Source of the DNA: a virus
Lineage: Duplodnaviria > Caudoviricetes
Virus record (IMG/VR): IMGVR_UViG_3300045285_000018
Location: 1 to 38,671 of that record
Direction: 5' to 3' (one strand)
DNA: 38,671 bases
The position numbers and the translations under genes are program-made. The notes under the pieces are model-generated. The model was not told where the DNA came from and ran no database searches. It saw nothing but the letters and a program-made list of their open reading frames with translations. Every line of letters begins with the position of its first letter. The first letter of the stretch is position 1. Of this stretch, positions 10,044-19,537 are shown one piece after another.

Positions 10044-10666
10044 GGTGTCGCCCCCTTCGCTGCGCTACTGGTGGCAAGAATTTGGGTGCGCTGCGTTGTT
10101 CCGTCGCCGTTGTAGTTGTACACGGAAGATACTTTGCGGGCATGGGCGATTGCTCCCTCCGTGCGCTTGACTTCGTCCTCGTCGTCTTTGCGCCATGTGC
10201 TACGCTCGGCGATGTCGATAAGTTCGTGAACCTGTCCGATCAAGGTGCGGCGCATACTCTCATACCAGTTGGTGATCGGCTCCGCGCTCGCCTCGGGCTG
10301 GCTCGGGACTGCGGGGGCGGCAGCACGATTCCGCAGCACTGACGCAATACTGCCAAGCAGCGCGCCACGGCATTCGTCAACTTGCTTGTCATCGCAACCG
10401 AAATCCAGGCCGCACAGCTTGCCAACGTTGCGCAGTCGCTGGGCGTTGTAGTGCAGTTCGTCAGCATCGCCAGCCGGTTGGATAGCTGCAACGGTGGCGG
10501 TGTGCTTGATGTAGGACGCGATTGCAGGCCACAGTGCTGCGTGTATAGCACTCCACGTTTCTGACGAATTATTGCCGTCCGGTACATTGTCGAAAAATAT
10601 CGTTGCTGCCTCTTTGAATGCAGCGTCATCGCGCAGGGTCACTGCGGCATTGGTGTCGGTGGTCAT
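10040..10666 (-). CDS. Hypothetical protein
   Basis: GGAG RBS; 208 aa. Confidence 0.6.
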   Translation of the reverse strand: MTTDTNAAVTLRDDAAFKEAATIFFDNVPDGNNSSETWSAIHAALWPAIASYIKHTATVAAIQPAGDADELHYNAQRLRNVGKLCGLDFGCDDKQVDECRGALLGSIASVLRNRAAAPAVPSQPEASAEPITNWYESMRRTLIGQVHELIDIAERSTWRKDDEDEVKRTEGAIAHARKVSSVYNYNGDGTTQRTQILATSSAAKGATP

Positions 10667-10679
10667 ATTGTCTCCAGTT

Positions 10680-10705
10680 GGCGCGCCGCTGGTAGACGGC
10701 GCGCC
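10680..10705. other. Intergenic GC hairpin
   Basis: ggcgcgccg-N8-cggcgcgcc; no clear U-tract. Confidence 0.5.
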
Positions 10706-10711
10706 GTGTGA

Positions 10712-11356
10712 TTAATCTGCAGAGTTGTGCGCGCGGATGCCGTAATAGACCGCTTTGCAGGCCATGATGTCGACTTGCGCATCATGCGCGCCATCCAGCA
10801 CCTTGCCGGTGAAGTGGTAATACGCCTCGCCCAAGTTCGGGGATTTCGGCCCTTTCATGCGCTTTGCCAGCATCTTTTCCGTGGGCGGCAGGTTGATAAT
10901 TTTCGTGCTGCTGGTTTGCGTGCAAAATGCCGGCGCCGCCTTCCAGTAGTCCGCGAACGGCACTTCCCCGGCGCCGGTCTGCATCGCTTCGCCCGACCAG
11001 TAGGCGCAGCGCATGATGGCAATGCGCAGCATGCGCGCGTCGAAGGGTTCATTGTGGCCGCACCGCATGTCCGCGTTGCACCACAGTTCCAGGAAGGCGT
11101 CCAGCGCCACCTTGGCCGGCACGCCGTAGCGGTCGGCATGGTCCTCGCTGATGCCGTGCGTTTCCAGGGCTTCGACGGACATTTTCCAGCCTTCCGGCTT
11201 CAAAATCAGGTTGATGGCGCCCAGCGTCCTGCCGGTTTCTTCCACGCACAGTTCAGCCGCGAGTTGGACGATATGCGGCTGGTCGGGATGCTCGCTTGGC
11301 TCTTTGAACAGCGGCAAGCCGGTTGTTTCCGTATCGAAAAATAAGATTGTCTTCAT
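10712..11356 (-). CDS. DnaQ-like (DEDDh) 3'-5' exonuclease
   Basis: FFDTETTG, GHNEPFD and AHDAQVD motifs. Confidence 0.92.
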   Translation of the reverse strand: MKTILFFDTETTGLPLFKEPSEHPDQPHIVQLAAELCVEETGRTLGAINLILKPEGWKMSVEALETHGISEDHADRYGVPAKVALDAFLELWCNADMRCGHNEPFDARMLRIAIMRCAYWSGEAMQTGAGEVPFADYWKAAPAFCTQTSSTKIINLPPTEKMLAKRMKGPKSPNLGEAYYHFTGKVLDGAHDAQVDIMACKAVYYGIRAHNSAD

Positions 11357-11760
11357 TTTTTTGTTGCTCCATTTGAAGGTGATTTACGTCCGCTTGCATA
11401 AGCTTCCCGAAGGGTCGCGGCAATGCGGTCTTTTGTTTCCTGAGAGTGCTTGAAGCCGGTTTTGTGGTGCTTGTTATGGTCGGCAGGTGAAATCGATTCG
11501 ATATTCCCCTCCACGTCGTTGGTGCGATCTTTATCACCATGGTGCGCATGCTCATTCGGCAGCAGCGCGCGCCCCAATTTTGCCGCCAGCAGAACCCGAC
11601 TTTTTCGAACATAGATGCCATTCGCTACCACCGGCACACCAGGGAAGAACCGGTGCGGCCTGATGCGCAGGCGCGCATACCGGTTACGTCCCTTCGCTGG
11701 GTAATCGCCAACCACTTCGATTCCATGGGCCAGCGTGTACAACGGTGGTAGCTGTTTCAT
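11353..11760 (-). CDS. HNH endonuclease with a NUMOD3-like motif
   Basis: HAHHGDKDRTNDVEGN...HNKHH and GFKHSQETKDRI; ATGA-coupled at both ends. Confidence 0.75.
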   Translation of the reverse strand: MKQLPPLYTLAHGIEVVGDYPAKGRNRYARLRIRPHRFFPGVPVVANGIYVRKSRVLLAAKLGRALLPNEHAHHGDKDRTNDVEGNIESISPADHNKHHKTGFKHSQETKDRIAATLREAYASGRKSPSNGATKK

Positions 11761-12197
11761 GCTGCGTTCCTTTTGTTGTTGAGGCAAATTTCGACTACGC
11801 GGGCGCACTGCTTTTCGTCAAACCATCCGATGTGGCAGTGATTCACGTCGGTGATGCCCATTTCGCGGGCCAGCCAGGCATACACGGCGTTTTTGTCCAT
11901 GCCGTCGACTTCCCACATGGGCGACAGGTGCGACTTGGCCTGTTTCCGGGCCGCGCGCACGGCCTTGTTCGCCAACGTTCCCAGCGGGATATCAGTTTTC
12001 GGGTGGATCCCCACATAGCTGTCGCAGGCGTCGACCACGCACCGATAGGCAAAAGGCCAGGTGCCGTATTCCTTCCGGTAGATCACGCTGTTGCTGACGC
12101 GCTCCACCGCGCCGCCGCAATTCGGGCAGATGGTCGGCACGGGCAACGGGTTCAGCACCTTTTTTACTTGGGCCTTGGAAATTTTGAAGGTCTTCAT
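11757..12197 (-). CDS. Zinc-finger protein, DUF3268-like
   Basis: CPNCGG...CxxxxCDSYVGIHPKTDIPLGTLA and CHIGWFD. Confidence 0.8.
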   Translation of the reverse strand: MKTFKISKAQVKKVLNPLPVPTICPNCGGAVERVSNSVIYRKEYGTWPFAYRCVVDACDSYVGIHPKTDIPLGTLANKAVRAARKQAKSHLSPMWEVDGMDKNAVYAWLAREMGITDVNHCHIGWFDEKQCARVVEICLNNKRNAA

Positions 12198-12370
12198 GCT
12201 GGCACACCGGCGAAGAACCCGCCCCAATACAGCAGTCCGATTGATACGCTGCTGGAAATGACATAGGAAACAAAGGAAAATTTCCCCGTTCTCTGTTTGT
12301 CGTGCACCGAAAGCGCTATTCCCAGCAGAATCAGTTTCATGGCAAGATAAATCAACGCCGGGGTGCTCAT
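12194..12370 (-). CDS. Small membrane protein (58 aa)
   Basis: MSTPALIYLAMKLILLG...LLYWGGFF; ATGA-coupled on both sides. Confidence 0.6.
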   Translation of the reverse strand: MSTPALIYLAMKLILLGIALSVHDKQRTGKFSFVSYVISSSVSIGLLYWGGFFAGVPA

Positions 12371-14154
12371 GCTGCCGCCTGTTCGCGCGCGCCGGCGATC
12401 ATGCCGTCTTCGACCCAATACGCAGTAATCGTGTCGGCCAGGTCGGTGGGCAGCGCCTTCAGGGTACCGAACAGCAGGATGGTATCCATCACGTCGTTGA
12501 ACGCCAGGCTGTCGAGCCATTCCAGGCACTGGGCTCGGCCCGGCAAGTCCAGCACGTCGAAGCGGTCAAGCATCAGGATGCGCAGGCCCGACAGTTCGGC
12601 CACCACTTCCGCGAACATCGCGTCCCAGCGCCATTGCTCCGACTCACTCAAAAGCTGGTACGGGCGACCGTCAGCCGTCAGGGCCATGTCGGAGGAAACC
12701 GCCGGCACCATCCATTCGGTATCGATCGCATTCTGTGCAAGCCCAGCGTTCACCGGCTCCAGCGCATCATTCAACATTTCGGCGGGGATGCCATCCGGCG
12801 CCAGCGCGTCGGCAACCTTGGTCCAGGCCATCACGTCGTTGTGGTGCGCCAGCGCCTGGGCGGTCTTCGTGGCCGCTGCCGCGCGCGCGTTCGTGGCCGC
12901 CTGAATATCCAGCAGCTTATTGGCCGTGGTCTGGCGATCGGCGCGCGCGGACTTCAGCATGTCTTCCACTTCCGCCAGTTCCGCCGATGCATCCACGGCG
13001 CCGTCAGCGGGCGCCAGGGCGTCGAACTGTCCTTTCGCTTGCGTGGCGCTGTCCAGGTCGCGCTGCAGGTTCCTGATGCGGTTCTGGATCACCACCAGGC
13101 CTTGTTCGTGCGCCGGCAGCAGCGCCTGGGCTTCGGTGTCGACCTTGGCGCCCATCTTCCCGTTTTCGGCTTCGTAGCGCTCGACCATTTCTTCGCACTT
13201 CTGGCCGTATGGTTCATCCTGCTGCAACCATTTCGCCATTTCATCCAGCAGGACGGCCATGTCGTGCACCAGGCCAACGCGAGCCTTGCCGGCGGCGCGC
13301 TCGCGCAGCGCCACCACGGACGGTTCGTAATCGGCCAGTTCCTGTTTGGCGCGGGCCAACTGGTCGGCCAGGTCGGGCACCTTTCCAGCGACGGCGGCCA
13401 GGCTCGCGCGGCGGGTGGCATCCTCTTGCGCCTTGCGCGCCGCGTTCTTGATCGCGCCCAGGCTTTCGTTCAGGGTGGCGATGTTCCGATCGAGGCCGGC
13501 GACGGTGGTTTCCAGGTGCGCCAGGTCGCCTTCCGGCAGATCCGGCAGCGGCGCTTCCCATTCGGCGGCCTTCAGCGCGCCATAGGTGCCGCCGGTCAGC
13601 TGGCGCCACGCGCCCTTCGCTTCGGTGGCCTTGCTCTTGGCGTGGTCGCACACGCTGGGAAAGCCAGTGCGCAGCAGCGGCAGCACCGCGTCGACTTTCG
13701 ATTCCTCGCACGCCCACTTTTCGGCCAGCATGCGCGCCTTGACGGTTTCGGCGTTCGGCTTCAGCTTCGTCAGGCCGAACAGGAAGGTGCGGCGCTCGTC
13801 GGCGGTCATGCGGGCGAAGCGCTGACCGTACAGCGCCACGCGCATGGCTTCGGTGATTTCCGGGCCTACAAATTCACCTTTGGGCATGTTGAAGGCGAAG
13901 CTCTTGTCCGGGTCGTTGTCAATGCCGATATGCGCGCCGCCGGCCTTCGCTTCGCCGTGCACCAGCTTGCCGAATTCTTTTTTCAGGTTCACTTCTCGCA
14001 CCGTGTCCTGCGTGATGGCGATGCGCACCGCTTCCTGGATGCTGCTTTTCCCGCTGCCGTTACGCCCGGCAAACAGCGTGATGGTGGTCGGCAGCTTCAC
14101 GTTGACAGATTGAATCCCTAGCAGGTTGTCGGCCTGGATTGCTGTTACTTTCAT
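12367..14154 (-). CDS. Rad50/SbcC-like ABC ATPase with coiled coil
   Basis: Walker A GRNGSGKS, signature LSESEQ, Walker B ILMLDRFD; GGAG RBS before the ATG at 14154 (alternative start 14169). Confidence 0.85.
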   Translation of the reverse strand: MKVTAIQADNLLGIQSVNVKLPTTITLFAGRNGSGKSSIQEAVRIAITQDTVREVNLKKEFGKLVHGEAKAGGAHIGIDNDPDKSFAFNMPKGEFVGPEITEAMRVALYGQRFARMTADERRTFLFGLTKLKPNAETVKARMLAEKWACEESKVDAVLPLLRTGFPSVCDHAKSKATEAKGAWRQLTGGTYGALKAAEWEAPLPDLPEGDLAHLETTVAGLDRNIATLNESLGAIKNAARKAQEDATRRASLAAVAGKVPDLADQLARAKQELADYEPSVVALRERAAGKARVGLVHDMAVLLDEMAKWLQQDEPYGQKCEEMVERYEAENGKMGAKVDTEAQALLPAHEQGLVVIQNRIRNLQRDLDSATQAKGQFDALAPADGAVDASAELAEVEDMLKSARADRQTTANKLLDIQAATNARAAAATKTAQALAHHNDVMAWTKVADALAPDGIPAEMLNDALEPVNAGLAQNAIDTEWMVPAVSSDMALTADGRPYQLLSESEQWRWDAMFAEVVAELSGLRILMLDRFDVLDLPGRAQCLEWLDSLAFNDVMDTILLFGTLKALPTDLADTITAYWVEDGMIAGAREQAAA

Positions 14155-14197
14155 TTTTTTGTTCTCCATGGTGGGGCCGGTTTCCCGGCCCGGTTGA

Positions 14198-14947
14198 TTA
14201 TTCGACTTCGACGGCCTTGCGGCTGGCGCGCTTGGCTTTCGGTGCGGCGTCAGCGGCTGGTGCCGCTTCGGCTGCCGGCTTCGTGACGCGCTTCGGCTTG
14301 GCCGGGTCCAGCGTCACCGGTTCGGTTTCCACCTGGTCGGGCGCCGCCAGCGCCAGGGTGGTGCCCGGCTTGTCGAACAGGCTTTCCGCCTTGTCGCGCG
14401 CTGCGCTGTGCGGCGCCTTCGTGATCAGATCGGCCTGGGCAAAATTGTCGGGCTTCGCTTCTTCGTCGGTGCAGTCGAGCGACACCGGGATTTTCTGGTT
14501 CATCACGCGCATAAGCTTGGCGATCGAATCTTCGTCTGGCTTCGAAAACTGGCAGCGAAATTGGAACTTGACCGTGCCGCCCTGGAGCGGCGTTAACTTG
14601 AATTTGTTCGTTTTTCCGCCCGACAGAACAACATCGTGCTTTTCGTTGTCCACATCGTGGATCTGCAAGCGCGTGCGCGGAATCTCCAATTCCCAGGGAA
14701 TCGGACCCATCAGCGGGAAGTTCAGGTGCGGCATGTGGTCGGCGGTGATGAAGTCGACCGTATCATCGGCACGGTACAGGGCCGCGCGCAGGGCCGGGTT
14801 CAGCTTCAGCAGCAGGTTGTTGGCGCCGCTGAATTCGAACGCCAGGTCCACCGCCGGTTTGCTTTCCTTGCCGTTCATTTCCGCGCGCAGGTTGATATTC
14901 ACCAGCAGGCAGCGTTCCCTGTTCAGGGTAAAGGTTTCGATCGTCAT
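14198..14947 (-). CDS. Hypothetical phage protein
   Basis: GAGG RBS; 249 aa with a low-complexity C-terminus. Confidence 0.65.
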   Translation of the reverse strand: MTIETFTLNRERCLLVNINLRAEMNGKESKPAVDLAFEFSGANNLLLKLNPALRAALYRADDTVDFITADHMPHLNFPLMGPIPWELEIPRTRLQIHDVDNEKHDVVLSGGKTNKFKLTPLQGGTVKFQFRCQFSKPDEDSIAKLMRVMNQKIPVSLDCTDEEAKPDNFAQADLITKAPHSAARDKAESLFDKPGTTLALAAPDQVETEPVTLDPAKPKRVTKPAAEAAPAADAAPKAKRASRKAVEVE

Positions 14948-14983
14948 GCTATTTCCTCTTGGGTTGGTGGGGTAAAACTCTTG

Positions 14984-16186
14984 TTATTCGGGAGCCGACG
15001 CGGCGCGGCGCACGCGCTTGGCCGGTGCTTTCGTTTCAGCCGCTGCTGGCGCCGCTGCCGGCTTCGCGGCCTGCAATTCGCCCATGCGGGTGCGATACAT
15101 GGCCTGCAATTCCTTGCGCAGGCCGGCATGCGCCAGCGCGTCGATCATGTCGGAGGCGTCCGCCAACTGGTTCATGGACAGCGATTTATGGATCGCGGCG
15201 GCCACCCGTTCGTAAATTTCCGAATCTTCCGGGGTGATGTTCTGTTTTGGCGCCGGGTCGGCTGCCGGCTGCGCCGCCGGCTGGGCCGCGGCTTCCGGCT
15301 TCGACTCGCGCACTTCGACCGTTTCGGCATTGGCGCGGCGATCGTCCGCCGGCTTGTCGGTGCGCGGGATTTCGTCCTGCTGATCGTCGGGCGCGCCGTC
15401 GTCGTCTTCGTCCAGATACACGAAATTGCCGTCGATCGTGTTGTCCACCTTGACGCCCTTGCCAGATGAATGGGCATGGTCGGCGGCGATCGCGTTTTCC
15501 AGTTCCTGCGAAGTCGGCAGATACTTGATCACCTGAAGCAGCACGACTTTGCGGCCATAGGCTTCCATGTTGTCGTCGTTCTTCACGGCGTAGTGCTTGC
15601 CGCCCACCTTGTTATATTGGTTCAGGTGCTTGATCACCTTGGCGACGGACCACACCACGATGTGCGGCCACTCGCTGCCCTTCACGCGCCCGATGGCGTA
15701 GTAGTGCGTGATATCCGCGTGGTCTTCGTTGTCGCCCGGCTTGTGGTCCAGGAACGGCGAATCGCCCAGCGCATAGTCGAAGTGGTCGCCCTTGTGCACG
15801 ACGCCGGTCCACGCGCTGGCGCGCCCGGTGCGATTCACCAGGTCCACCAGGCCTTTCCAGCCAGGGACATAGTTCACGGTGTCGCCATAGGCCACCAGGT
15901 AGCCTTTGCCGCTGCCCAGGCCGATGCCGCTATTGATCGCCACGCTGACGGCCACATAGAACGATTGCGGCGTGGCCTTGCGCAAGTCTTTCGACTGCAT
16001 CAGCATCACGGTGGCCGTGCGGATTTCGCGTTCGACTGCCATGTGGCCGGGGATGCCGGCGCCCAGCAGATCCTTGCGCTTTTCCAGCAGATCGGTTTTC
16101 CCGGTGATCGGGTGCGCTGCCCGGCGCGCCAGGGCGTTTTCGCCTGATTCCTGGTCGGCCTTCATGTCTTGCAGTTGCGTTGCCAT
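14984..16186 (-). CDS. recT: RecT-family single-strand annealing protein
   Basis: GYLVAY...GWKGLVDLVNRTG and RKVVLLQVIKYLPTS motifs; AGGAG RBS before 16186. Confidence 0.85.
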   Translation of the reverse strand: MATQLQDMKADQESGENALARRAAHPITGKTDLLEKRKDLLGAGIPGHMAVEREIRTATVMLMQSKDLRKATPQSFYVAVSVAINSGIGLGSGKGYLVAYGDTVNYVPGWKGLVDLVNRTGRASAWTGVVHKGDHFDYALGDSPFLDHKPGDNEDHADITHYYAIGRVKGSEWPHIVVWSVAKVIKHLNQYNKVGGKHYAVKNDDNMEAYGRKVVLLQVIKYLPTSQELENAIAADHAHSSGKGVKVDNTIDGNFVYLDEDDDGAPDDQQDEIPRTDKPADDRRANAETVEVRESKPEAAAQPAAQPAADPAPKQNITPEDSEIYERVAAAIHKSLSMNQLADASDMIDALAHAGLRKELQAMYRTRMGELQAAKPAAAPAAAETKAPAKRVRRAASAPE

Positions 16187-16212
16187 GCGGTGGTTCTCCT
16201 TCGGTTGGTTGG

Positions 16213-17016
16213 TCATTCGTGGTAAGAACAGGATTCCCAGCGCCCGCAGTATTTTTTATCGCACAGCGCGCTGGAAGGATTTGGGGGGAACAGCCCAATT
16301 TTGAACATCTTGCCGGCCATTTCCAGCAGTCCGGGTTCAATGTCGGTTCCCACCAGGTGGCGCTTGGCATCGAACACGCGCGACACGCCCACCTGGCTGG
16401 TGGTGCTGGTCTGTAGGGCCATGATCTGTGCGCCGTCCGTGCGTTCGCCGTCCGTGTATTCGCTCAGTAGCTGGTAGACGCCAAGCTGGGGCGCGCGGGC
16501 CTTCACCACCACTTCGCCTTCGCTGAACAGGCGCCCGCCGGTCTTCAGGTCGGCAATGACCTTGCGTTTCGTCGCTGTGCGCACCACGCGCGCCCGGTCC
16601 ATGGTGCCGGTCAGGCGAATGATCACGCCTTCGGTTTCCACGTCCAGCGGCTTCAGCTTCATTTCGACCGATTCGAAGTTCATCATGGGCGCGATTTCGG
16701 CGCAGTAGCGCGCGTGCAGCGTCAGGCCGATTACTTCCGCCTGTTTCAGCGACAACTTGGGATCCTTGAAATCCACATCTTCGTGCGGGTTCCACAGCAT
16801 TTCCGTGAACACGTCCGCCGCTTGGTTGGCGCTGATCGGCGCGCCCGACAGCTTGGCCTGGTCGAACGCCGCGGTACTGGCGTGGATCGAGGTTCCCAGC
16901 CACGCGCGCAGGCTGCTGGCGCGGCTCCTGTGCATCAGGGTTTCCCATTCGAAGCGGTAGCCGCAATCGAACAGGCCGCCGAACGCGGACGCCCGGACCT
17001 GGAATACTTCCTTCAT
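16213..17016 (-). CDS. PD-(D/E)XK exonuclease (Cas4/RecE-like), RecT partner
   Basis: GTSIH, LTGTMD, IADLKTG, QLGVY; one N-terminal and three C-terminal Cys. Confidence 0.85.
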   Translation of the reverse strand: MKEVFQVRASAFGGLFDCGYRFEWETLMHRSRASSLRAWLGTSIHASTAAFDQAKLSGAPISANQAADVFTEMLWNPHEDVDFKDPKLSLKQAEVIGLTLHARYCAEIAPMMNFESVEMKLKPLDVETEGVIIRLTGTMDRARVVRTATKRKVIADLKTGGRLFSEGEVVVKARAPQLGVYQLLSEYTDGERTDGAQIMALQTSTTSQVGVSRVFDAKRHLVGTDIEPGLLEMAGKMFKIGLFPPNPSSALCDKKYCGRWESCSYHE

Positions 17017-17019
17017 GGT

Positions 17020-17217
17020 TCAGTCCTTTGGATCGGTGATGCGTTTCACAGGTGGGAATTTGCGGGCGCGCACTTCGGCGGCGATCGCCTGGGCGCGCTC
17101 CAACGCAAGGGATGGGCGGCCAGCATAAGCGCGGTTCAAGTCGTCCATCATGTCGAGGGAATCACGCATCGCGGCAAACAGCAGCGGGAACCCGTAATCG
17201 TTGCGTTGCTCGCTCAT
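17020..17217 (-). CDS. Hypothetical protein (65 aa)
   Basis: MSEQRNDYG...; ATGA-coupled. Confidence 0.5.
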   Translation of the reverse strand: MSEQRNDYGFPLLFAAMRDSLDMMDDLNRAYAGRPSLALERAQAIAAEVRARKFPPVKRITDPKD

Positions 17218-17411
17218 GATGGCACGCGCTCCAGCAGGTTGAACAGCATCAGCGCCAGCACGAAGCACAGCGCGGCCAGCAGCACCGCGTTGCGTTCGCC
17301 ACGCACCTGGCGCAGCATGTCGCGTTCGAACTGCGACAGGCCCAGCGTGCAGTCTTTGGGAAGGTGGCCCGGCCTGCCGCAGCGGGTGCACTCTTTTGGG
17401 AAGCGGATCAC
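17214..17411 (-). CDS. CCHC zinc-knuckle protein with a C-terminal TM helix
   Basis: CTRCGRPGHLPKDC = C-x2-C-x4-H-x4-C; VLLAALCFVLALMLF. Confidence 0.6.
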   Translation of the reverse strand: MIRFPKECTRCGRPGHLPKDCTLGLSQFERDMLRQVRGERNAVLLAALCFVLALMLFNLLERVPS

Positions 17412-17674
17412 GATGCAGCCCGCTGGATCTGCACGACGGTGGCGCGCGTGGTATTGGTTTCGAAGTCGACAGCATCGACCAGGTGGAAACGCTGCTTTGC
17501 CATGGTGCTTACCATGCGGTCATAGTCTGCAATCAGGCCGATCATTTCCAGCGCCCAATCGGGGAACAGGGGTTCGCCACCGCCTGCCATTTCTTCGTTG
17601 TATTGGGCGATCGCAGCGCGCGCCATCTTTTCCAGCCGGTCGGCGCGCAGCTTTGCTGCGTTAATGGTCATCAT
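17408..17674 (-). CDS. Hypothetical protein, first gene of the leftward operon
   Basis: AAGGGA RBS; 88 aa. Confidence 0.6.
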   Translation of the reverse strand: MMTINAAKLRADRLEKMARAAIAQYNEEMAGGGEPLFPDWALEMIGLIADYDRMVSTMAKQRFHLVDAVDFETNTTRATVVQIQRAAS

Positions 17675-17716
17675 CTTAGTTCCCTTCGTGGTTGTTTTTG
17701 TGTTCCAACAGGCATG

Positions 17717-17745
17717 ATACTACGCTCGCGTTCTGTTCCGGTCAA
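17717..17745 (-). promoter_or_regulatory. Leftward sigma70-type promoter
   Basis: TTGACC-N17-TAGTAT on the minus strand. Confidence 0.7.
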
Positions 17746-17777
17746 CATTTAAACGATAAATAAAGGAATTAAATTTG

Positions 17778-17806
17778 TTGCGAATAGAAAAGGATGGAAG
17801 TAGAAT
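17778..17806 (+). promoter_or_regulatory. Rightward sigma70-type promoter
   Basis: TTGCGA-N17-TAGAAT. Confidence 0.7.
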
Positions 17807-17849
17807 TCAACGCTGAATCACCAACCTTTCAACTTACTGGAATCGACAC

Positions 17850-18083
17850 ATGAAAAATACAGCCAACCACCCGCTGCTGGACGCGCTGATCGATGGCGAA
17901 ACAATCCGTAGTGACGCCGATATTGCGCGCGCGCTTGGCATCGCCGCCCCGCAGATCAGCAAAACCCGCCATGGACACGTCGAGGTCAGCGATATCATGC
18001 GCGTGGCGATCATGCGCAAATTCAAGTGGTCGCTGAAGCGCATCGATGAACTGGCGCCGCCGGCCGCCACGTCCGAGGAATAG
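17850..18083 (+). CDS. Cro-like HTH regulator
   Basis: SDADIARALGIAAPQISKTRHG; first gene after the divergent promoters. Confidence 0.75.
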   Translation: MKNTANHPLLDALIDGETIRSDADIARALGIAAPQISKTRHGHVEVSDIMRVAIMRKFKWSLKRIDELAPPAATSEE

Positions 18084-18085
18084 CC

Positions 18086-18613
18086 GTGCATATCGTCGTC
18101 GTGAAACAGACGGATGCAACCCTGGCCGAGCCGGCCGCCGGCATGGTGCGCCGGTTCCTGTTCGAATTCTTCGACGGCGCCACGGAAAAGGACACGAAGG
18201 CCTGGCGCCGATTCTGGCGCGCGATGAACGAAGCCGGCAGCGGTGAGTACTTCAGCTTCAAGCTGGAACGCCAGCGCCAGAACTGGCGGCACCGCAAACA
18301 CATGGGCCTGATCAGCAAGGTGTTCGATTCGCAGGAGCGCTTTACCGACTTCGAACAGTTCCGGCTGTGGCTGAAAGTGGGCAGCGGCTTTGTGGACTGG
18401 TGCGCCGGCCCGAAAGGCGGCGTGTTCCCGGTGCCGAAGTCGATCAGCTTCGACAAGTGCAGCGAGGAAGAAATGCGCGAATTTCACGACAACGTGAAAG
18501 CCTTTTTGCGCACCGAACACGCCGCAAAATACCTGTTCCCGAACGCCGCCATATTCTTGGCTGAAAAAGGCATCGAGGAAATTCTATCCCGCTATGAAAG
18601 GCAAAACGCATGA
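18086..18613 (+). CDS. DUF1367/NinB-like protein
   Basis: FEQFRLWLKVGSGF...PKSISFDKCSEEEM. Confidence 0.7.
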   Translation: MHIVVVKQTDATLAEPAAGMVRRFLFEFFDGATEKDTKAWRRFWRAMNEAGSGEYFSFKLERQRQNWRHRKHMGLISKVFDSQERFTDFEQFRLWLKVGSGFVDWCAGPKGGVFPVPKSISFDKCSEEEMREFHDNVKAFLRTEHAAKYLFPNAAIFLAEKGIEEILSRYERQNA

Positions 18614-18828
18614 GCACCTGGACCAATGTACAAGACGGCTTGCCCGAAGTGGACGACGACAACATCGCCTACGTGTGGGCCGTCGATATCGGCGCGCCAG
18701 GCTTCCCGCGCGCACCGATGGCCGGCAAAGTCCGGTTTCATAAATCGCTGGGCTGGCAACCTGAAGGCAGCACCGGCTGGGATTGGATCATCACCCACTG
18801 GATGCACTTCCCGGACCTGCCAGCATGA
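18610..18828 (+). CDS. DUF551-like protein
   Basis: WTNVQDGLPE...ITHWMHFPDLP. Confidence 0.75.
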   Translation: MSTWTNVQDGLPEVDDDNIAYVWAVDIGAPGFPRAPMAGKVRFHKSLGWQPEGSTGWDWIITHWMHFPDLPA

Positions 18829-19241
18829 AGCGCACCGAAATGAAACGCAGCGGCCCGATTGCGCGCACCGTGGTGCTGGCCGCGAAGCGCAACGGCAAGA
18901 CCCAGGCGCCGGCCCGCCGGTCGACCCTGAAGACGCGCGAGCGCACGCGCACGCCGGCCGAAGTCGAGCTGCACGACAAGCTGGCCGCGCTGGGCTGCAT
19001 CGCCTGCATGAAGGATGGCCGGTTCAACGACTACGTGAGCATCCATCACGTGGATGGCCGGACCAAACCGGGTTGCCACCTGCTGGTGCTGCCGCTGTGC
19101 GCGCCGCACCACCAGCGCGACGACACCGACCCGCTGCGCCGTATCGCGGTCCACCCCGACCAGGGCCGCTTCGAAAAACGCTATGGCGCCCAGCTCGACC
19201 TGGTGGCCGAATGCATGTCACTAATGGAGAAAAATAAATGA
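18825..19241 (+). CDS. Ref-like (RecA-dependent) HNH nuclease
   Basis: Basic N-terminus; LGCIAC, IHH and LPLCAPHH. Confidence 0.75.
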   Translation: MKRTEMKRSGPIARTVVLAAKRNGKTQAPARRSTLKTRERTRTPAEVELHDKLAALGCIACMKDGRFNDYVSIHHVDGRTKPGCHLLVLPLCAPHHQRDDTDPLRRIAVHPDQGRFEKRYGAQLDLVAECMSLMEKNK

Positions 19242-19537
19242 AGAAACCAGATTATTCGGTCGACCCGATGGCCACGGAAAATCATGGAATCCCGCTGTGG
19301 GTGGTGTACGGCGTTAGCGTATATTGGCCTGGTGTTTTGTGCTGCCGGATCAGGATCAATGAAGGCGTTCCAGTCATATGGGGCTATAGCGTATGGAAGC
19401 GACAGCCTGGATTTCGCACGCTGGGCGTGCCGGTAAAGTATTGGGCCGAAAGTCACGCGTTCTGCCACTTCTTTTCCAACCAGACGCGCATGCTTGAATA
19501 CGTCGAAAAAATCACCACTCCAAAGGCGGGAATATGA
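19238..19537 (+). CDS. Hypothetical protein
   Basis: ATGA-coupled on both sides; aromatic-rich; lower GC. Confidence 0.55.
   Translation: MKKPDYSVDPMATENHGIPLWVVYGVSVYWPGVLCCRIRINEGVPVIWGYSVWKRQPGFRTLGVPVKYWAESHAFCHFFSNQTRMLEYVEKITTPKAGI

Noticed and set aside
16213-17016. Cas4 as evidence of a CRISPR system
   Set aside because: No other cas genes or array; adjacency to RecT indicates a recombination exonuclease.
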